Shown piece by piece: positions 39,255 to 52,912 of a DNA stretch of 64,000 nt. This DNA is from Okamejei kenojei (taxonomy: Eukaryota), in the NCBI GenBank assembly GCA_035221665.1, contig JAVHYY010000181.1:1-64000 (forward strand). The letters run 5' to 3'. Every line of letters begins with the position of its first letter. The stretch's first letter is position 1. The position numbers were made by a program, and so were the translations under genes. The notes beneath the pieces are model-generated. The model searched no databases. It saw nothing but the letters and a program-made list of their open reading frames with translations, and was not told the origin of the DNA.

Positions 39255-40125
39255 CTCCCTCTCTCTCAACGCTCTCTCTCTCCTCTCTCTCTCTCTCGCT
39301 GTGATCGAATCTCACCATCTCATCTCTCTCATACTCCCTCTCCTCCCTCCCCTCTCTCTCTCAATCCTTACTCGCCTCACACCACTCTTTCCTCTCTCTC
39401 TCTCTCTCTTCTCTCTTACTTCTCTCTCTCTTCTCTCTCTCTCTTACTTCCCTCTCTTCTCGCTCTCCTCTCTTATTCCCTAACTCTCTCTCTCATCGTT
39501 ATCTTCTACTCTCATCTCGTGCCCCCCTCCCTCTCCCCCCAAGAAAACTCTGCGTCTCAGGCTCGCTCTACGTCCTCCTCCTCTCTCTCTCTCTTCTCTC
39601 ATCCAAAAACACTCCTTTCCTCGCTCGCTCTCTCTCTCTTCTCTCTCTCTCATACTCCCTCTCTCCTCCCTCTCTCTCTCTCATCTTCAAGGGAAAGCGG
39701 AAGTGGTCTCTCTCTCTCACTCATAACCTTACTCTCTCCCTCTCTTCCTCAGATTTCCGGAAGTTTACTCTCCTTCTATCCGGGGGGGGGGGGGGGGGGG
39801 GGGATGTTTTTGGGGGGGGGGGGCAAATCCTCTCCTCACCCCACCCGTCATCATCGTCGGCTCTGTCCCACAGGGTCTCTCTCTCTCTCGCCCTCTCACT
39901 CTTCTCTCTTCTTCTCCACTATCTTCTCTCTCTCTCGCTCTTTCACTCCTTCTCTCTCTCTCTCTCTATCATTCTCTCTCCATCTCTCTCTCTCTCTCTC
40001 CTCTCTCCAAGCTCTCTCTCTCTCCACCTTCTTCTCGCATCTCTCTCTCGCAAATTCAACTCTCCCTAACTCTCTCTCTGACTATCTCCTCTCTCTCTCT
40101 TTTCTCACCTCTCTCTCTCTTCTCT
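39255..40125. repeat. (CT)n / polypyrimidine low-complexity tract
   Basis: CT microsatellite-rich sequence; similar tracts occur in every unit. Confidence 0.9.
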
Positions 40126-41355
40126 TCGCATTCGCACCAGTTACGGACAATGTGAACACTGGTTATTCATCGCCACTGTGGTTTACTGTTTTTGATTTCT
40201 TATTCTGTCACGTGTGTTCGAGATACAGTGAAAGGCTTTGCTTTTAATGTTATTCTATCAAGTCTTATAATACACCACATACCTACAATCAACCCAAACA
40301 CACATGCAATATAGAGTAAAGGGAAGAATACAGTGCGCAGAATATAGTTCTTCAGCATTGTCCCGCGCATACAGGTCCAGGACAACCCCCAATGTCCGCA
40401 ATGCGCCAGAGGTGAATCGGCCAATATGTAGAAACAAAGAACAGATGTCAATCAGTCCCAATTTTGCTGGTGTATGCCACAGATAAACACAAACGCTGCA
40501 GAAACTCAGCGGGCCAGGCAGCTCCCTTGGGGTTGTAAAAGGGATTGGTGTACAGTTGGGTCAGGACGCTCCAACAGTGTAGGATGAAGGGTCGCGAACA
40601 GCAGGTCACCCATCCTTCTTCTCCAGCGATGCTACCGGACCCGCTCAGTTACAGCAGCATTTTGTCTCTATCTTTCAGTCGGACAGTACCCCGGCTTATG
40701 GAAGGGTCGTTCGGAAGCCGGATAACAGAGGGAAAGAAGCTGTTCCCGAGTTTGGTGACGCGCGCTTGCAAGCTTCGGTGCCTTTTACTGGACGGGAGCG
40801 GGGAGAAGAAGGAATGAACGGGGCTGCCGCAAGACATTGATAATGTCGATGTTTAAACGTGGGAGCGGGAAGAAGAAGGAATTCCCTACTACACTCTTAC
40901 AGAAATGATACTTTGTCAAGTCATCTTTACTGATACATCTTATGCAAAGGTTTCTATACTTGTAATGTCACTGTACACCCCCCGTCTCACGCTGTTATAC
41001 CCCAATGAGTTCAATATAACAGGGACATTTGATAATTGAGGTGAAATGCTTTGCCCAGGCTCCTCCTCCTTCCCATTAGCACGAGTTAAAATTCAACGAC
41101 CATACCCTCCATCTTGGGTGAATATAGTATGCAGATGAAGGGTTCGACCCGAAAGGTCGCCTTCTCCTTTGCTCCTTATATGCGGCTGCCGCTGAGTTTT
41201 CTCACTTTTTGTGAACCCTCGATTCTCCAGCATCTGCAGTTCTTCTTTAAAAAATAGTTTGCAGATTTCCCGGCTCACGCGCCCTCTAGCGGGCGCTCAC
41301 CGACAGCCAGAGCCGGTTTTTGTCCGGATCCGCCGTCTCCTTGCAAAACGGCGTG

Positions 41356-42590
41356 ATGGGGCTACATGGCACAGAGATACACGGCGAGTCGGACACCAGG
41401 GCCCCGGAGAGGAGTTAAATGAGACAATCTTTTTGTCACTCTGCAAATCAAGCGGTGAGCCTCCGCGGGCATTCTGGAGACCGTTCCACCTTTCCGAGTA
41501 ACCTATCTTCAAGCAGTATTCAGGAGATTGCCCGCGACGCTCGAATGTACCAAAATATATATGGACTTGAGCCGGTGTAAGTACAGTTCAGTGTTACTGT
41601 GGTCTGTCCTTCGTGAACGGTTTTTGATTCAGGAGGGTCCTGGTCACTGGGAATCCTGCCCATTAAACTGAGGGGGAGGACCAGACAGAGGTAAATATAA
41701 ATACAATTATGAGAGACACGGATAGGGCAGACACTCAGATCACCTTACCCAGGGAGGAAATGACAAAAACATTCAGGTGAAGTGGAAAATAAGTAATAGG
41801 AACCTGAGGTGGTAGATTTTTCACGCAAAGTGTGGTGGGTGTATATAACCAGCTGCCAGAGGAGTTAGTTGTGGCAGCGACAATCCCAACGTTCAACAAA
41901 CAGTGAACCAGGGACAAGGATGTGATATGTTTAGAGGGATATGGACAGGTGGGACTAGCGTAGTTGGGGCAGGTTGGTCGTTGTGGGCAGGTTGGGCAGA
42001 AGGGCCTGTTTCTGCGCTGTGTAACTCCATGACTATCACGTTTCACAGTTTCAAGGTCAAAGAGGAATATTTTAAAGGAGATATGCGAGGCACGTTGTTT
42101 TAAAACGAGGCTGATGGGTATCTGGAACACGCTGCCAGGGGTGGTGGTGGAGGCAGCGTCAACTGTCATAGTTTGGAAACAGGCCCTTCGCCCAAACTAT
42201 GCACACCGATCAAAAAAATCCCATCTAATCTAGTCCCACTTGCCTGCATTTGGCCATATCCCACTAAACCGGTCCGATCCATGCACCTGTCTAACGAAGA
42301 TCGTGACATTTTGGATGGATACACGGGTATGCTGGGAGTGGAGGGGTATAGTTCTCAGGAAGTGAAAGGAGACTTGTGTAATCAAGCGTCATGCTGGACA
42401 CGGACATTGTGGGCCGAAGGGCCTGTTCCTGTGCTGTACTGTTCGATGTTCTATGTTCATACAATAAAGACCAGAATGACTGAACGGCCCAGGGGTCGAG
42501 TCCGCTCGACCCATGAGACACTCGCTCAACAATTAGCGACTCACCTGTGACAAAGGCCAATAGAAGCGGAAGTGAGGACAGGAAGCGCAT
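41356..42590 (-). pseudogene. Family-2A V copy, V exon frameshifted, leader intact
   Basis: Leader 42590-42545 MRFLSSLPLLLAFVT; V exon has many indels; heptamer CACGCCG 41349-41355. Confidence 0.65.
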
Positions 42591-43795
42591 GGTGCCCCGT
42601 CTAACTTCAGCTGCGAAACCAGAATATTTCTTCACACGTTAACACTGGATAACCAAGGTGAGAAAATGAATTCAAATCACCGGGGTAACCTTCAATTTAT
42701 GCGGGTGGGAGGGGCCCTGTCCTGCTACACGATTGGCTGGTCTATCACAATCCCGACCGGCATCAGTTGTGCTTCCCGTCATCTCTCTGGTTCACGAACC
42801 GACTTTCCCCCTTTAACGAATCCGTCTGGAAAAGTACATTCGCGAATTAAAACCCGGAAAATCAGTAAATTACAATTACTTCATATTCTCGTTAATCTCA
42901 TTCTCAACCAACCCCTAGTGGGAGGTTCGTTAAATTCATAGTGATGGGATAGAATGTTAAGGCATTCTGCCATTAAGTCTATTCTGCCATTCAAACATGG
43001 CTAATCTATCGCTACCTCCCTACCATTCTCCTGCTTTTCTCCCAATAACCTTATATAAACTTAAATACCAATACTTAACACATTACTAAAAAATATCATC
43101 TGCTTTTTCTTCCCGGCCCCAAAATTATCCATTGACTTTGGCTTCCCACGGCAATGAATTCCATCTGACTGACGTAATCCACCCTCTCTCTTTTCTAAAT
43201 GAAAGTTCTTTAATTATGAGGCTATTATAAACCGGTCTGGGAGGTTTTGCCGAAAACGTTGCCTATTTCCTTCGCTCCATAGATGCTGCTGCACCATAGA
43301 AAAATAGAAAATAATGCAGGGGGAGGCCATTCGGGCACTTCGAGCCAGCACCGCCATTCTTGGGATCTGGTGATCGTCCACTATCAATACCCCGTGCATG
43401 CCTTTCCCCATATCCCTTTGACTCCACCTAGCCCCTTGAGCTCTTTCTAAACTCCCTACTTTAAATCCATCCCAGTGTACCTGCCACCACTGCACGTCTG
43501 CGGCAGGGAATTCCATAAATTCACAACTCTGGGTTGAAAACGAATGTTTGCTGCACCTCAGTCTTAAATGACCTCCCTTTATTCTAAGACCGTGTCACCT
43601 GGTTCTGGACTCGCCCAACATTGGGAATCATTTTTCCTGCCATCTCTGAGTTTACTCCAGCACTTTTTGTGTTACCTGTGATATCGGACCTAGAAACCCC
43701 TCGAACGTCGCCCCTCTAGTGGGCCGCTCGCATGCAACGGACTAAGAGCCGGTTTTTGTCGGGGATCCGCCGTCTCCGCCATGGCAAACAGTGTG

Positions 43796-45097
43796 GGTGG
43801 GGGTTCATGGCACAGAGATCACGGCCGGAGTCGGACACCAGAGCCCGGAGACAGTTGTATAATAAGACAACTTCTTGTCACTCTGTAAATCACCGGGTAA
43901 TCCTCAGCGGGCATTCTGAGGACGTTCCACCGCTGCTCTTGTAAAGTATCTCAGCAAGTATTCAGGAGAGATTGCCCGCCGATGCAGAACTATACCAAAA
44001 TATATAGGAGGTAGCGCTGCTGAATAAGTACAGTTTCAGTGTTGTGGTCTGTCCCTTCTATGTTATGTGGATTCAGGGAGGTTCCGGCGTCACTGAGACC
44101 CTGCCCATTAACTGAGGGGAGACCTGATTAGAAGTAAAATACAATTATGAGGGATAGATGGAGCTGGGGACACTCAGATCCCTTTCCACGGGTGAGAAAT
44201 GTCAGCGACATTAAAGTGAAGGGGAATAATGTAATGTGAATCTCAGGAGTAACCTTTTCACACAAAAGTGTGAGTTGGGTGTAATATAACGAGGCTGCCA
44301 AGAGGAGGTAGTGAGGCAGGGACAATCACCAACGTTAAGCAGGACAATGACCACAGATGACATGCGATATGAAAGGTTAGAGGGGATATGGGACCAGACT
44401 CGGGCGGGTGGGACTAGTGTAGCTGGGCAGGTTGGACGGTGTGTGGGCAGGTTTGGCTGAGGAAGGGCCGTTTCTACGCTGACTGTGACTCCAGGACTCG
44501 ACTGACTATGTCAAAAGAGTACACAGTTTCATGGTCCAAAATAGGTATATTTTTTTAAAGGAGATATGCGGGGCATCATGTTGTTTCACACCGAGGTTGT
44601 GGGTGTGATAATTGGATCGATTTACAGCGAGGGTCATGGGTTAAAGCTACTCCGTCATTTCAATCAGCTCATTCTATCTTTCCCTCTTAACCAATTCTCC
44701 TGCCTTTTCCCCTGAGAGCCCTGACACCAGTACTGTATTCACGAATCCAAATATTCTCAGCCTTAAAAATATCCCTTGTAATTTGAAATCCTACAGCCTT
44801 CTGGGGCCCTATCGAAGTCACAGATCGCCACCTTGTGGAGTGCTGGGATATGGATCAACGATGCAGGGCGGAGGAGAATAGTTTTACGGCACCATGTTCG
44901 GCAGGGACAATGTGGGGCCGAAGGGCCTGTTTCTATTCTCTTTTGTGCGTTTGCCTATGTTCCTGCCCTAACGCACCAGAATTAATGAAAGGCCCCCAGG
45001 AGTCGGGTCGCTGACCTATGTGAACACTCGCTCACCAGTTAGCAATTCTATATGTTACAAGGCCAATAGTAGCGGGAAAATGCATTGGATTGGACAT
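43796..45097 (-). pseudogene. Family-2B V copy, heavily disrupted
   Basis: Homologous to 61095-62346 with many indels. Confidence 0.6.
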
Positions 45098-45895
45098 GGT
45101 TGCCCCGCTAACGTCAGCTGTGAAATCAGAGTATTTCTTCGACGTTAACACTGGATAACCAAGTGGAAAATGAATTCAAATCACCGGGGTAACCTTCAAT
45201 TTATGCGGGGTGGAGGGGCCCTGTCCTGCTACACGATTGCTGGTCTATCACAACCCGAACCGGCGTCAGCTGCGTTCCCAGTCATCTCTCTGGTTTCGCG
45301 AAACCGACTTTCCCACTTTGCGAATAATCCGTCTGAAAAGTAACATTGCGGAACTAAACACGTTCATTAACTCAGTTAAAATTCCGTTCATATGTCCGAA
45401 ATGTCTCTCTCAACCACCAGTGGAATAGTTCACCAAGTTCATAAGTATTACTGGAGTAGAATTACGGCTTTCGGTCCATTAAATTCTTCTCCGCCATTCT
45501 TCCATGGCTGATGTTATTCGCTCCCTCTCGCCCTCTCATTTTCCTGACCTCTCAAGGAACCGAGTTAAACCAGAACTCCACGGGCGTTCGTGGCATGAAT
45601 TTTCCACATTTGTCCAACCTTCCTCTGGCCGGAATAATTCCCCCCCTCTCCTTTCTCAAGTGCCGTTTCTCTTAATTCTAAGGCTTTGTTCTATCCTAGA
45701 CTCTCCCACCGCAGTGGAACTGGTGAAGAGCGGGCGTTGTAACCGGATGGGGAACGGACAGCCCGGATTTGTGTCGATTTTTCCTTCCGTGTGTCCGGGT
45801 CTCGACGCGCCCTCTTAGTGAGCGTCGCTCTCTGCAACTAGCCATGCAGCCCGGTTTTTGTCCGGATCGCCGTTCCGTCTCCCTGCCAAAGTGTG

Positions 45896-47238
45896 GGGTT
45901 CGTGGCGCTCAGATACACGGCGAATGTCGGACACCAGAGCCCCCGCAGAGGAGAGAGTTAAATGAGACATATATCTTGGTCACGCTGCTAACTCAATGTT
46001 AAACACCAGCGGGCATTATGGAGGGAACCGTTCCACCGTTCCTGTGTAAAGTATCCTCCGCAATGTATTTCAGGAGATTGCCCGCGATTGCTGAATTACC
46101 AAAATAATATGTCATAGAACCGGCTGTCAGTTGCAGTTTCAGTGTTGTGGTCACTGTCCTTCTTCAACCGTTGATGTCAGGAGAGTCCTGGGTCCACTGT
46201 ATTCTGGCCCTTTGTTGAGGGGAGGAGACCTGATAGAAGTTAAATACAATTGATGAGAGAGCTAGATAGGGCAGACAGTTCAGATCCCTTTCCCCCGGGG
46301 GTGTGATCGGAATGTCAAGACTAGAGGGCATAGATATAATGTCAGAGAGGAATATTGACGCCTACCCCCTCCACCGCCCGGATCAAATCAACGCCACCCC
46401 TACCCCCGCCCACGTTAGTCTTTAGCAGAGACGCTGGTCGGATCTCTACTGGACATTGCTGGTGGATGGTAGATAATGTAGATTTCAGGTCAGAGAGACT
46501 TTTAGTGTGGAAACAGGCCTTGTCGGCCCAACCTGCGCTCTCCGACCAAAGTATGTGTACCATTTACCACGAGCCCCACTTGCCGTGTTTCCACCATATC
46601 CTCTTCCCTTGTCATATCCAATGTCAACTGGTTATAAAGGGTTCTAATATATGTTCCTAATTAACTTCTGTTATCGAAGGATAGTAAACATTTTTGGATG
46701 GATACATGGGTGTGTAAGGAGGGTTATGAGTTCGTAAGTGTTGAGGAGCAGAATTTGGCCATTCGGCCCGCATGCAAAAGTCTTACTCGCCATTCAGTGA
46801 TGGATAGAAATCTCTCTATTCGCTCTTGCTCATCCCCCTTCCTTTTCCCCATGAACTCCCTGGACACCCGCACTAATCAAAAATCCATCTCCCTCCAGAA
46901 AAGTATCATTTTAATTGTTCTCACGGCTCCCTTCTCCGTGACAAATAATTCCTCAGATTACCACCCTGTGGGGGTGGATGGAGGGATGTGGTGATCGCAT
47001 GCAGGGCAGGGAAAAGTTTAGTTTAACTTGGCACCATGCTCGGCACACGGACTTGTGGGGCCGAAGGGGGCATTGGCCCTGAGCGCACTGTTGGTGTTTT
47101 ATTTTCCTGCAAAGATAGAGACCGAGATGACTGGACGGCCCAGGACCTATTGGACACTCGCTCAACAATGAGAGTGACTCACTTGTAACCAAGGGACCAT
47201 TAGAAAGCTGGAGAAACGCGCACAGACAGGTATGCCAT
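45896..47238 (-). pseudogene. Family-2C V copy, heavily disrupted
   Basis: Homologous to 63124-63433; degraded leader near 47183-47238. Confidence 0.6.
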
Positions 47239-48010
47239 GGTTGTCACGTTTCTAACGTCAGCTGCCACCAAACTGATATTTCTACGATTATAACAAGGGA
47301 TAACCAAGGCTGAGAAAATTAATTCAAAAATCACCGGGAAACCCCTTCATTTACGTGGATGGGAGGGGGCCTGTTCTTCTTCTTGATTGGATGCTTTAAC
47401 GGAAACATAGGGCGTAATCCTCTAGGTTCGCCGAACGACTTGCCCCTGTAAACGATATCCGTCTGGAAATATAACATTCCCGACGAGGGGCATTGTTGTT
47501 AAAACCCTCTCGCGCGACGCTAGCATCCCCGTCACATTTTATGTAAACATTCTTTCTGTCGCGCCTCTCCCCCTTTCNNNNNNNNNNNNNNNNNNNNNNN
47601 NNNNNNNNNNNNNNNNNNNNNNNNNNNNNNNNNNNNNNNNNNNNNNNNNNNNNNNNNNNNNNNNNNNNNNNNNNNNNNNNNNNNNNNNNNNNNNNNNNNN
47701 NNNNNNNNNNNNNNNNNNNNNNNNNNNNNNNNNNNNNNNNNNNNNNNNNNNNNNNNNNNNNNNNNNNNNNNNNNNNNNNNNNACTCCATGCAATTCACGT
47801 GTGAACTTCTCTGTCTGACTTTCGTTTTAAATTCGCATGACGCACCAGTTGCTGGACAATCTGAACCCTGAGTCATTAATCGCCTCGCCGGGGGTTTACT
47901 GTTTTTGATTTATTAATGTCACGATGGGTGCCGAGATACTAAGTGAAGGGCTCTGCTGTTAATGTTATTCGATTTCAGTCATCATAATACCCACATACCT
48001 ACTATCAAAC

Positions 48011-48234
48011 AGTAAGGTTTCTTTGATTGTTTATTCTTGATTCCTTTGGTACTCAGAAACTCAGAATGTGATACAATCTGGCTGTAAAATTTATGCTTCA
48101 GAGGCGGCAATTTTGTATGTAGAAAATCAACTTGGGAACCAGGCGAATTTAAAAGTTTACAGCCAGATTTATCACTTCTGAAACTTTTTTAGACGCTAAA
48201 GGAATCAAGAAAAAACAAAAATAATGTCCTTAGT
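48011..48234. repeat. AT-rich inverted repeat (MITE-like hairpin)
   Basis: ~80-bp arms, e.g. ttcttgattccttt / aaaggaatcaagaa and aatctggctgtaaa / tttacagccagatt, with a ~55-60 nt loop. Confidence 0.7.
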
Positions 48235-49860
48235 TGATGAAAGTGCAGCGAGCAACAAGGCCAATGGTCGCCATGCTACTCTGGCTGTTGTTGTCCCTTC
48301 AGATCTCGTCTAGCTATACTTACCGTCATGTTTCTCCTCACGTTTGGAATCTGAAGGAGGGTTTTTTAATGTCTCGTGCTCGATTGCACCCCGATTTCCA
48401 TAATTATCTTTACAGCGCCAACCATTGACGATTTCGTCGGGTTTTAACGGCCCGCTCGCGCTGGATACACTATGGTCAGGTGCTTACGCATGTTCATGCG
48501 CGTAATGTTACTCATCTTGGTCCGATCTGTGTGGCTACAGGTACGCGGTCAATGGGTCGAGGACCCGACTGTCGTGAACCCTCCCTATTTGCGGATGATC
48601 CAAGGGAGCAGATCCGGGCACCATTCCCCTTTGTGTCACGACACTCGTTACACTCAAACGGGGCATGTCCGCTTAAGTTATGAGACTGGTATAATTACAA
48701 GCGCGAGCCTATTCAGAGGCCACCATGCCTGGCAATGGCCATGCGCTTAGTTTTTCTTCTGAGGCGTTTCTCCTGTCTTTACATTTCCAACGCCTCTCTC
48801 CCCGCCCTCAGTCCCGGCCGCACCCGCGTCAGTCTTCTCTCTACCCTCACAAGACTCTCCCTTCTCACACTTTCATACCTTTCTCACTCTCCCTCTCTGT
48901 CGATTCTTTCTCCCGACCTCCCTTTGCCGTTGTCCATTCGTCCTTTTTCCTTTCTTGCTTCCCTCCATGTTTAACGCGCTTTGTGATTATCCCGTCTCCT
49001 TGCTCTTTCTCTCTTCATGTCGCCCTACTTTCTCATTCCTCTCCTCACACTCCGCAAGCCAAACCAACCATGCGCTGAAGGCCCCGTCTGCAAGCACCGA
49101 CAATTCGAAAAGCATCGGCTCTGACAACCTCTCCGCTTGGTATGTCTCCACCCGTCCCCCTCCGTTCTCGCCGAGCATGTTTCCACTCAGCGCCAGTTTC
49201 TCGCACTTCACTCTGGACACGTGTTTCTGACTCCTATAGACTCTGAGAGTCGCTATCTGTCCTACGAGTAGCAATTTGTACTGAGCGCTTCTCTTAGACC
49301 TAGCGATCGGGGTCGCCGGATAGACTCGCCTTGGGTCACCTTTGTCTACGATTTACTTGATATGTCTATGCTTCATCTCATGCTGCCCGTCCCGGTTGTC
49401 TCACCTTTGCAGCTGGTTCACAAGAGTAAATGAATGCTTCATATCACTAGTGTCATAATGGCGAATGGACGTTGTGGCCGAGTGGACGTTTTGCCAACGG
49501 TGTTCCGGACTACAAATTCCATTTTGTTATTCGGACAGCCACTTGGTGCCGTATTGCACCCATGTCATTTAATCGCCTTTCATTTAGTTGAGCTAGGTAC
49601 TATCACAATTTCAAGCGTCTGCTGAGTTGCCCAAAGAAACCAGTTTGTAAGTTATAGAAATGCAAACGCAGAAGTTGCTCTCAAGCGCGTTCATTTAAAT
49701 ATCTAGTGGTGACTGATTTCCGTAATTAACATAAATGAACTTCTATTATGGTAGCTTTAGTGAGTACAACATTGATTCCGGAATGTTATGTATTTATTTA
49801 TGTGTTCGCTCTCTCCTCTCTCTCTCTCTCTCTCTCCCTCTCTCTCTCTCCCCTCTCTCA

Positions 49861-49900
<40 letters not shown>

Positions 49901-50431
49901 TTATTGCTCGCTGCTTCTCGTTGCATGTCCCTTTCTTTCGCTGGCACGTCCACGTCTTCCTGTCTCTCCATCAGTCTCCTCTCCCCCTCTCTCCCCCTCT
50001 CTCGAATTGCGACCAATGTCATTAAATGGCGAGGCGGACCATTCATTTAGTGAGCTCGGTACTATCACAATTTCAAGAGCTGATGTTTTCCCAAGGAAAC
50101 AGGTTTGTAAGTTAAGAAATTGCAGACGCAGGAAAAAGCGGAAGTGGAGACAGATTTTCGGAAATAATCTATTCTCGGTAGCATTGTGTNNNNNNNNNNN
50201 NNNNNNNNNNNNNNNNNNNNNNNNNNNNNNNNNNNNNNNNNNNNNNNNNNNNNNNNNNNNNNNNNNNNNNNNNNNNNNNNNNNNNNNNNNNNNNNNNNNN
50301 NNNNNNNNNNNNNNNNNNNNNNNNNNNNNNNNNNNNNNNNNNNNNNNNNNNNNNNNNNNNNNNNATTCCTAAACTCTCTCTCTCTCTTTCTACTCTCTCT
50401 CTCTCACTCTCCCACCCTCCTCTCCCTCTGA

Positions 50432-50478
<47 letters not shown>

Positions 50479-51652
50479 GATCTCTCATCTTCTCTCTCTC
50501 GCTCTCTCGTCTCTCTCGCTCTCCTCTAAACTTCTTTGCATTCCTGCAATTTCACTTGTTAACTCTCTCTTCTGACAGTCTCCCGTTTAAGTTCAGCATT
50601 CGCACCAGTTACCGGGACAATGTGAACACAGGGTTATTTCATCGCCACTGTGATTTACTGTTTTAGATTTCATTAATGTCACGTGTGCCGAGATACAGTG
50701 AAAGGCTTTGCTTTTAAGTTGTTATTCTATCAAGTCTTATAATACCACACATACCTACAATCAACCCAAACACACATGCAATATAGAGTAAAGAGAAGAA
50801 TACGTGTGCTGAGAATATAGTTCTCAAGCATTGTCGCGCATCAAGGTCCATTGACAACCCCCAATGTCCGCAATGCGCCAGAGGTGAATCGGTCAATATG
50901 TAGAAAACAAGAACAGCAGTGGTTGATGGTGTATGCCACAGTAAACACAGAGCGCTGCAGAAACTCAGCGGGCCAGTGGCAGCATCCTGGGGGGAAAAAG
51001 GATTGGTGACAGTTCGGGTCAGGACGCTCCAAACAGTGTCTGGAAGAAGGGTCGTGAACATAGCAGGTCACACATCCTTCTTCTCCAGCGATGCTACCGG
51101 ACCGCTTAGTTACAGCAGCATTTTGTCTCTGTCTTTCAATCGGACAGTACCCCGGCTTATGGAAGGGTCGTTCGGAAGCCCGATAACAGAGGGAAAGAAG
51201 CTGTTCCCGAGTTTGGTGCGCGCGCTTGCAAGCTTCGGTACCTTTTACTGGACGGGGAATGCGGGGAGAAGAAGGAATGAACGGGGCTGCCGCAAGACAT
51301 TGATAATGTCGATGTTTAAACACGTCGGGAGCGGGAAGAAGGAGGAATTCCCTTCTACACTCTTACAGAAATTATACTTTGTGAAGTCATCTTTACTGAT
51401 ACATCTTATGCAAAGGTTTCTATACTTGTAATGTCACTGTACACCCCCCGTCTCACGCTGTTATACCCCAATGAGTTCAATATAACAGGGACATTTGATA
51501 ATTGAGGTGAAATGCTTTGCCGGCTCTCCTTACCTTCCCATTAGCACGAGTTAAATTCAACGACCATCCCTCTATCTTGGTGTTGAATATAGTTGCAGAG
51601 TTTCCCGGCTCCACGCGCCCTCTAGCGGGCGCTCACCGCAACAGCCAGAGCC

Positions 51653-51691
51653 GGTTTTTGTCCGGATCCGCCGTCTCCCTGCAACGGCGTG
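51653..51691 (-). other. 23-RSS with divergent heptamer
   Basis: CACGCCG-23bp-ACAAAAACC. Confidence 0.88.
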
Positions 51692-52912
51692 GGGTTCATG
51701 GCACAGAGATACACGGCGGAGTCGGACACCAGGGCCCCGGAGAGAGTTAAATGAGACATCTTCTTGTCACTCTGCAAATCAGCGGTGAGCCTCCGCGGGC
51801 ATTCTGGAGACCGTTCCACCTTTCCCGAGTAACCTATCTTCAGGCAGTATTCAGGAGATTGCCCGCGACGCTGAATATACCAAAATATATATGAACTTGA
51901 GCCGGTGTAAGTACAGTTCAGTGTTGTGGTCTGTCCTTCATGAACGGTTGATTAAGGAGGTTCCTGGGTCACTGAATCCTGCCCATTAACTGAGGGGAGA
52001 CCTGACAGAAGTAAATACAATTATGAGAGACCTGGATAGGGCAGACAGTGTGGCGGGGTGGAAATGATAAAACACATTAAGCTGAAGTAGAAAACAAGTA
52101 ATAGGAACTTGAGGGGTAGCTTTTTCACACAAAGTGTGGTGGGTGTATATAACCAGCTGCCAGAGGAGTTAATTGTGGCAGCGACAATCCCAACGTTTAA
52201 CAAACAGTGAACCAGGGACAAGGATGTGATATGTTTAGAGGGATATGGACAGGTGGGACTCGGTGTGACGTGTAGATGGGGCAGGTTGGTCGGTGTGGGC
52301 GGGTCGGCCAGAAGATGGTGTGTAACTCCATGATCTATCAACAGTTTCACAGTTTTCACAGTTTTCAAGGTCAAAGAGGAATATTTTAAAGGAGATATGC
52401 GAGGCACGTTGTTTTAAAACGAGGGTGGTGGGTATCTGGAACACGCTGCCAGGGGTCTGGGCGCCAGTGGTGGAGGCAGCGTCAACTGTCATAGTTTGGA
52501 AACCGACCGTTCGCCCAAACTGTGCACACCGACCAAAAAAATCCCATCTAATCTAGTCCCACTTGCCTGCATTTGGCCATATCCCACTAAACCTGTCCTG
52601 TCCATGCACCTGTCTAACGAAGATCGTGACATTTTGGATGGATACACGGGTATGTTGGGAGTGGAGGGGTATAGTTCACAGGAAGGGAAAGGAGACTTGT
52701 GTAATCAAGCGTCATGTTGGACACGGACATTGTGGGCCGAAGGGCCTGTTCCTGTGCTGTACTGTTCGATGTTCTATGTTCATACAATAAAGACCAGAAT
52801 GACTGAACGGCCCAGGAGTCGAGTCCGCTCGACCCATGAGACACTCGCTCAACAATTAGCGACTCACCTGTGACAAAGGCCAATAGAAGCGGAAGTGAGG
52901 ACAGAAGCGCAT
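51692..52912 (-). pseudogene. Family-2A V pseudogene
   Basis: V exon 52001-51692 with in-frame TAA (GAA>TAA) at 51954-51952; leader 45 nt (1-nt deletion); RSS 51691-51653. Confidence 0.75.

Noticed and set aside
39144-40247. 367-aa Ser/Leu-rich ORF (and similar S/L/P- or R/E/G-rich ORFs throughout)
   Set aside because: Translations of (CT)n and poly-C tracts or ORFs running across N gaps; no domain signal.
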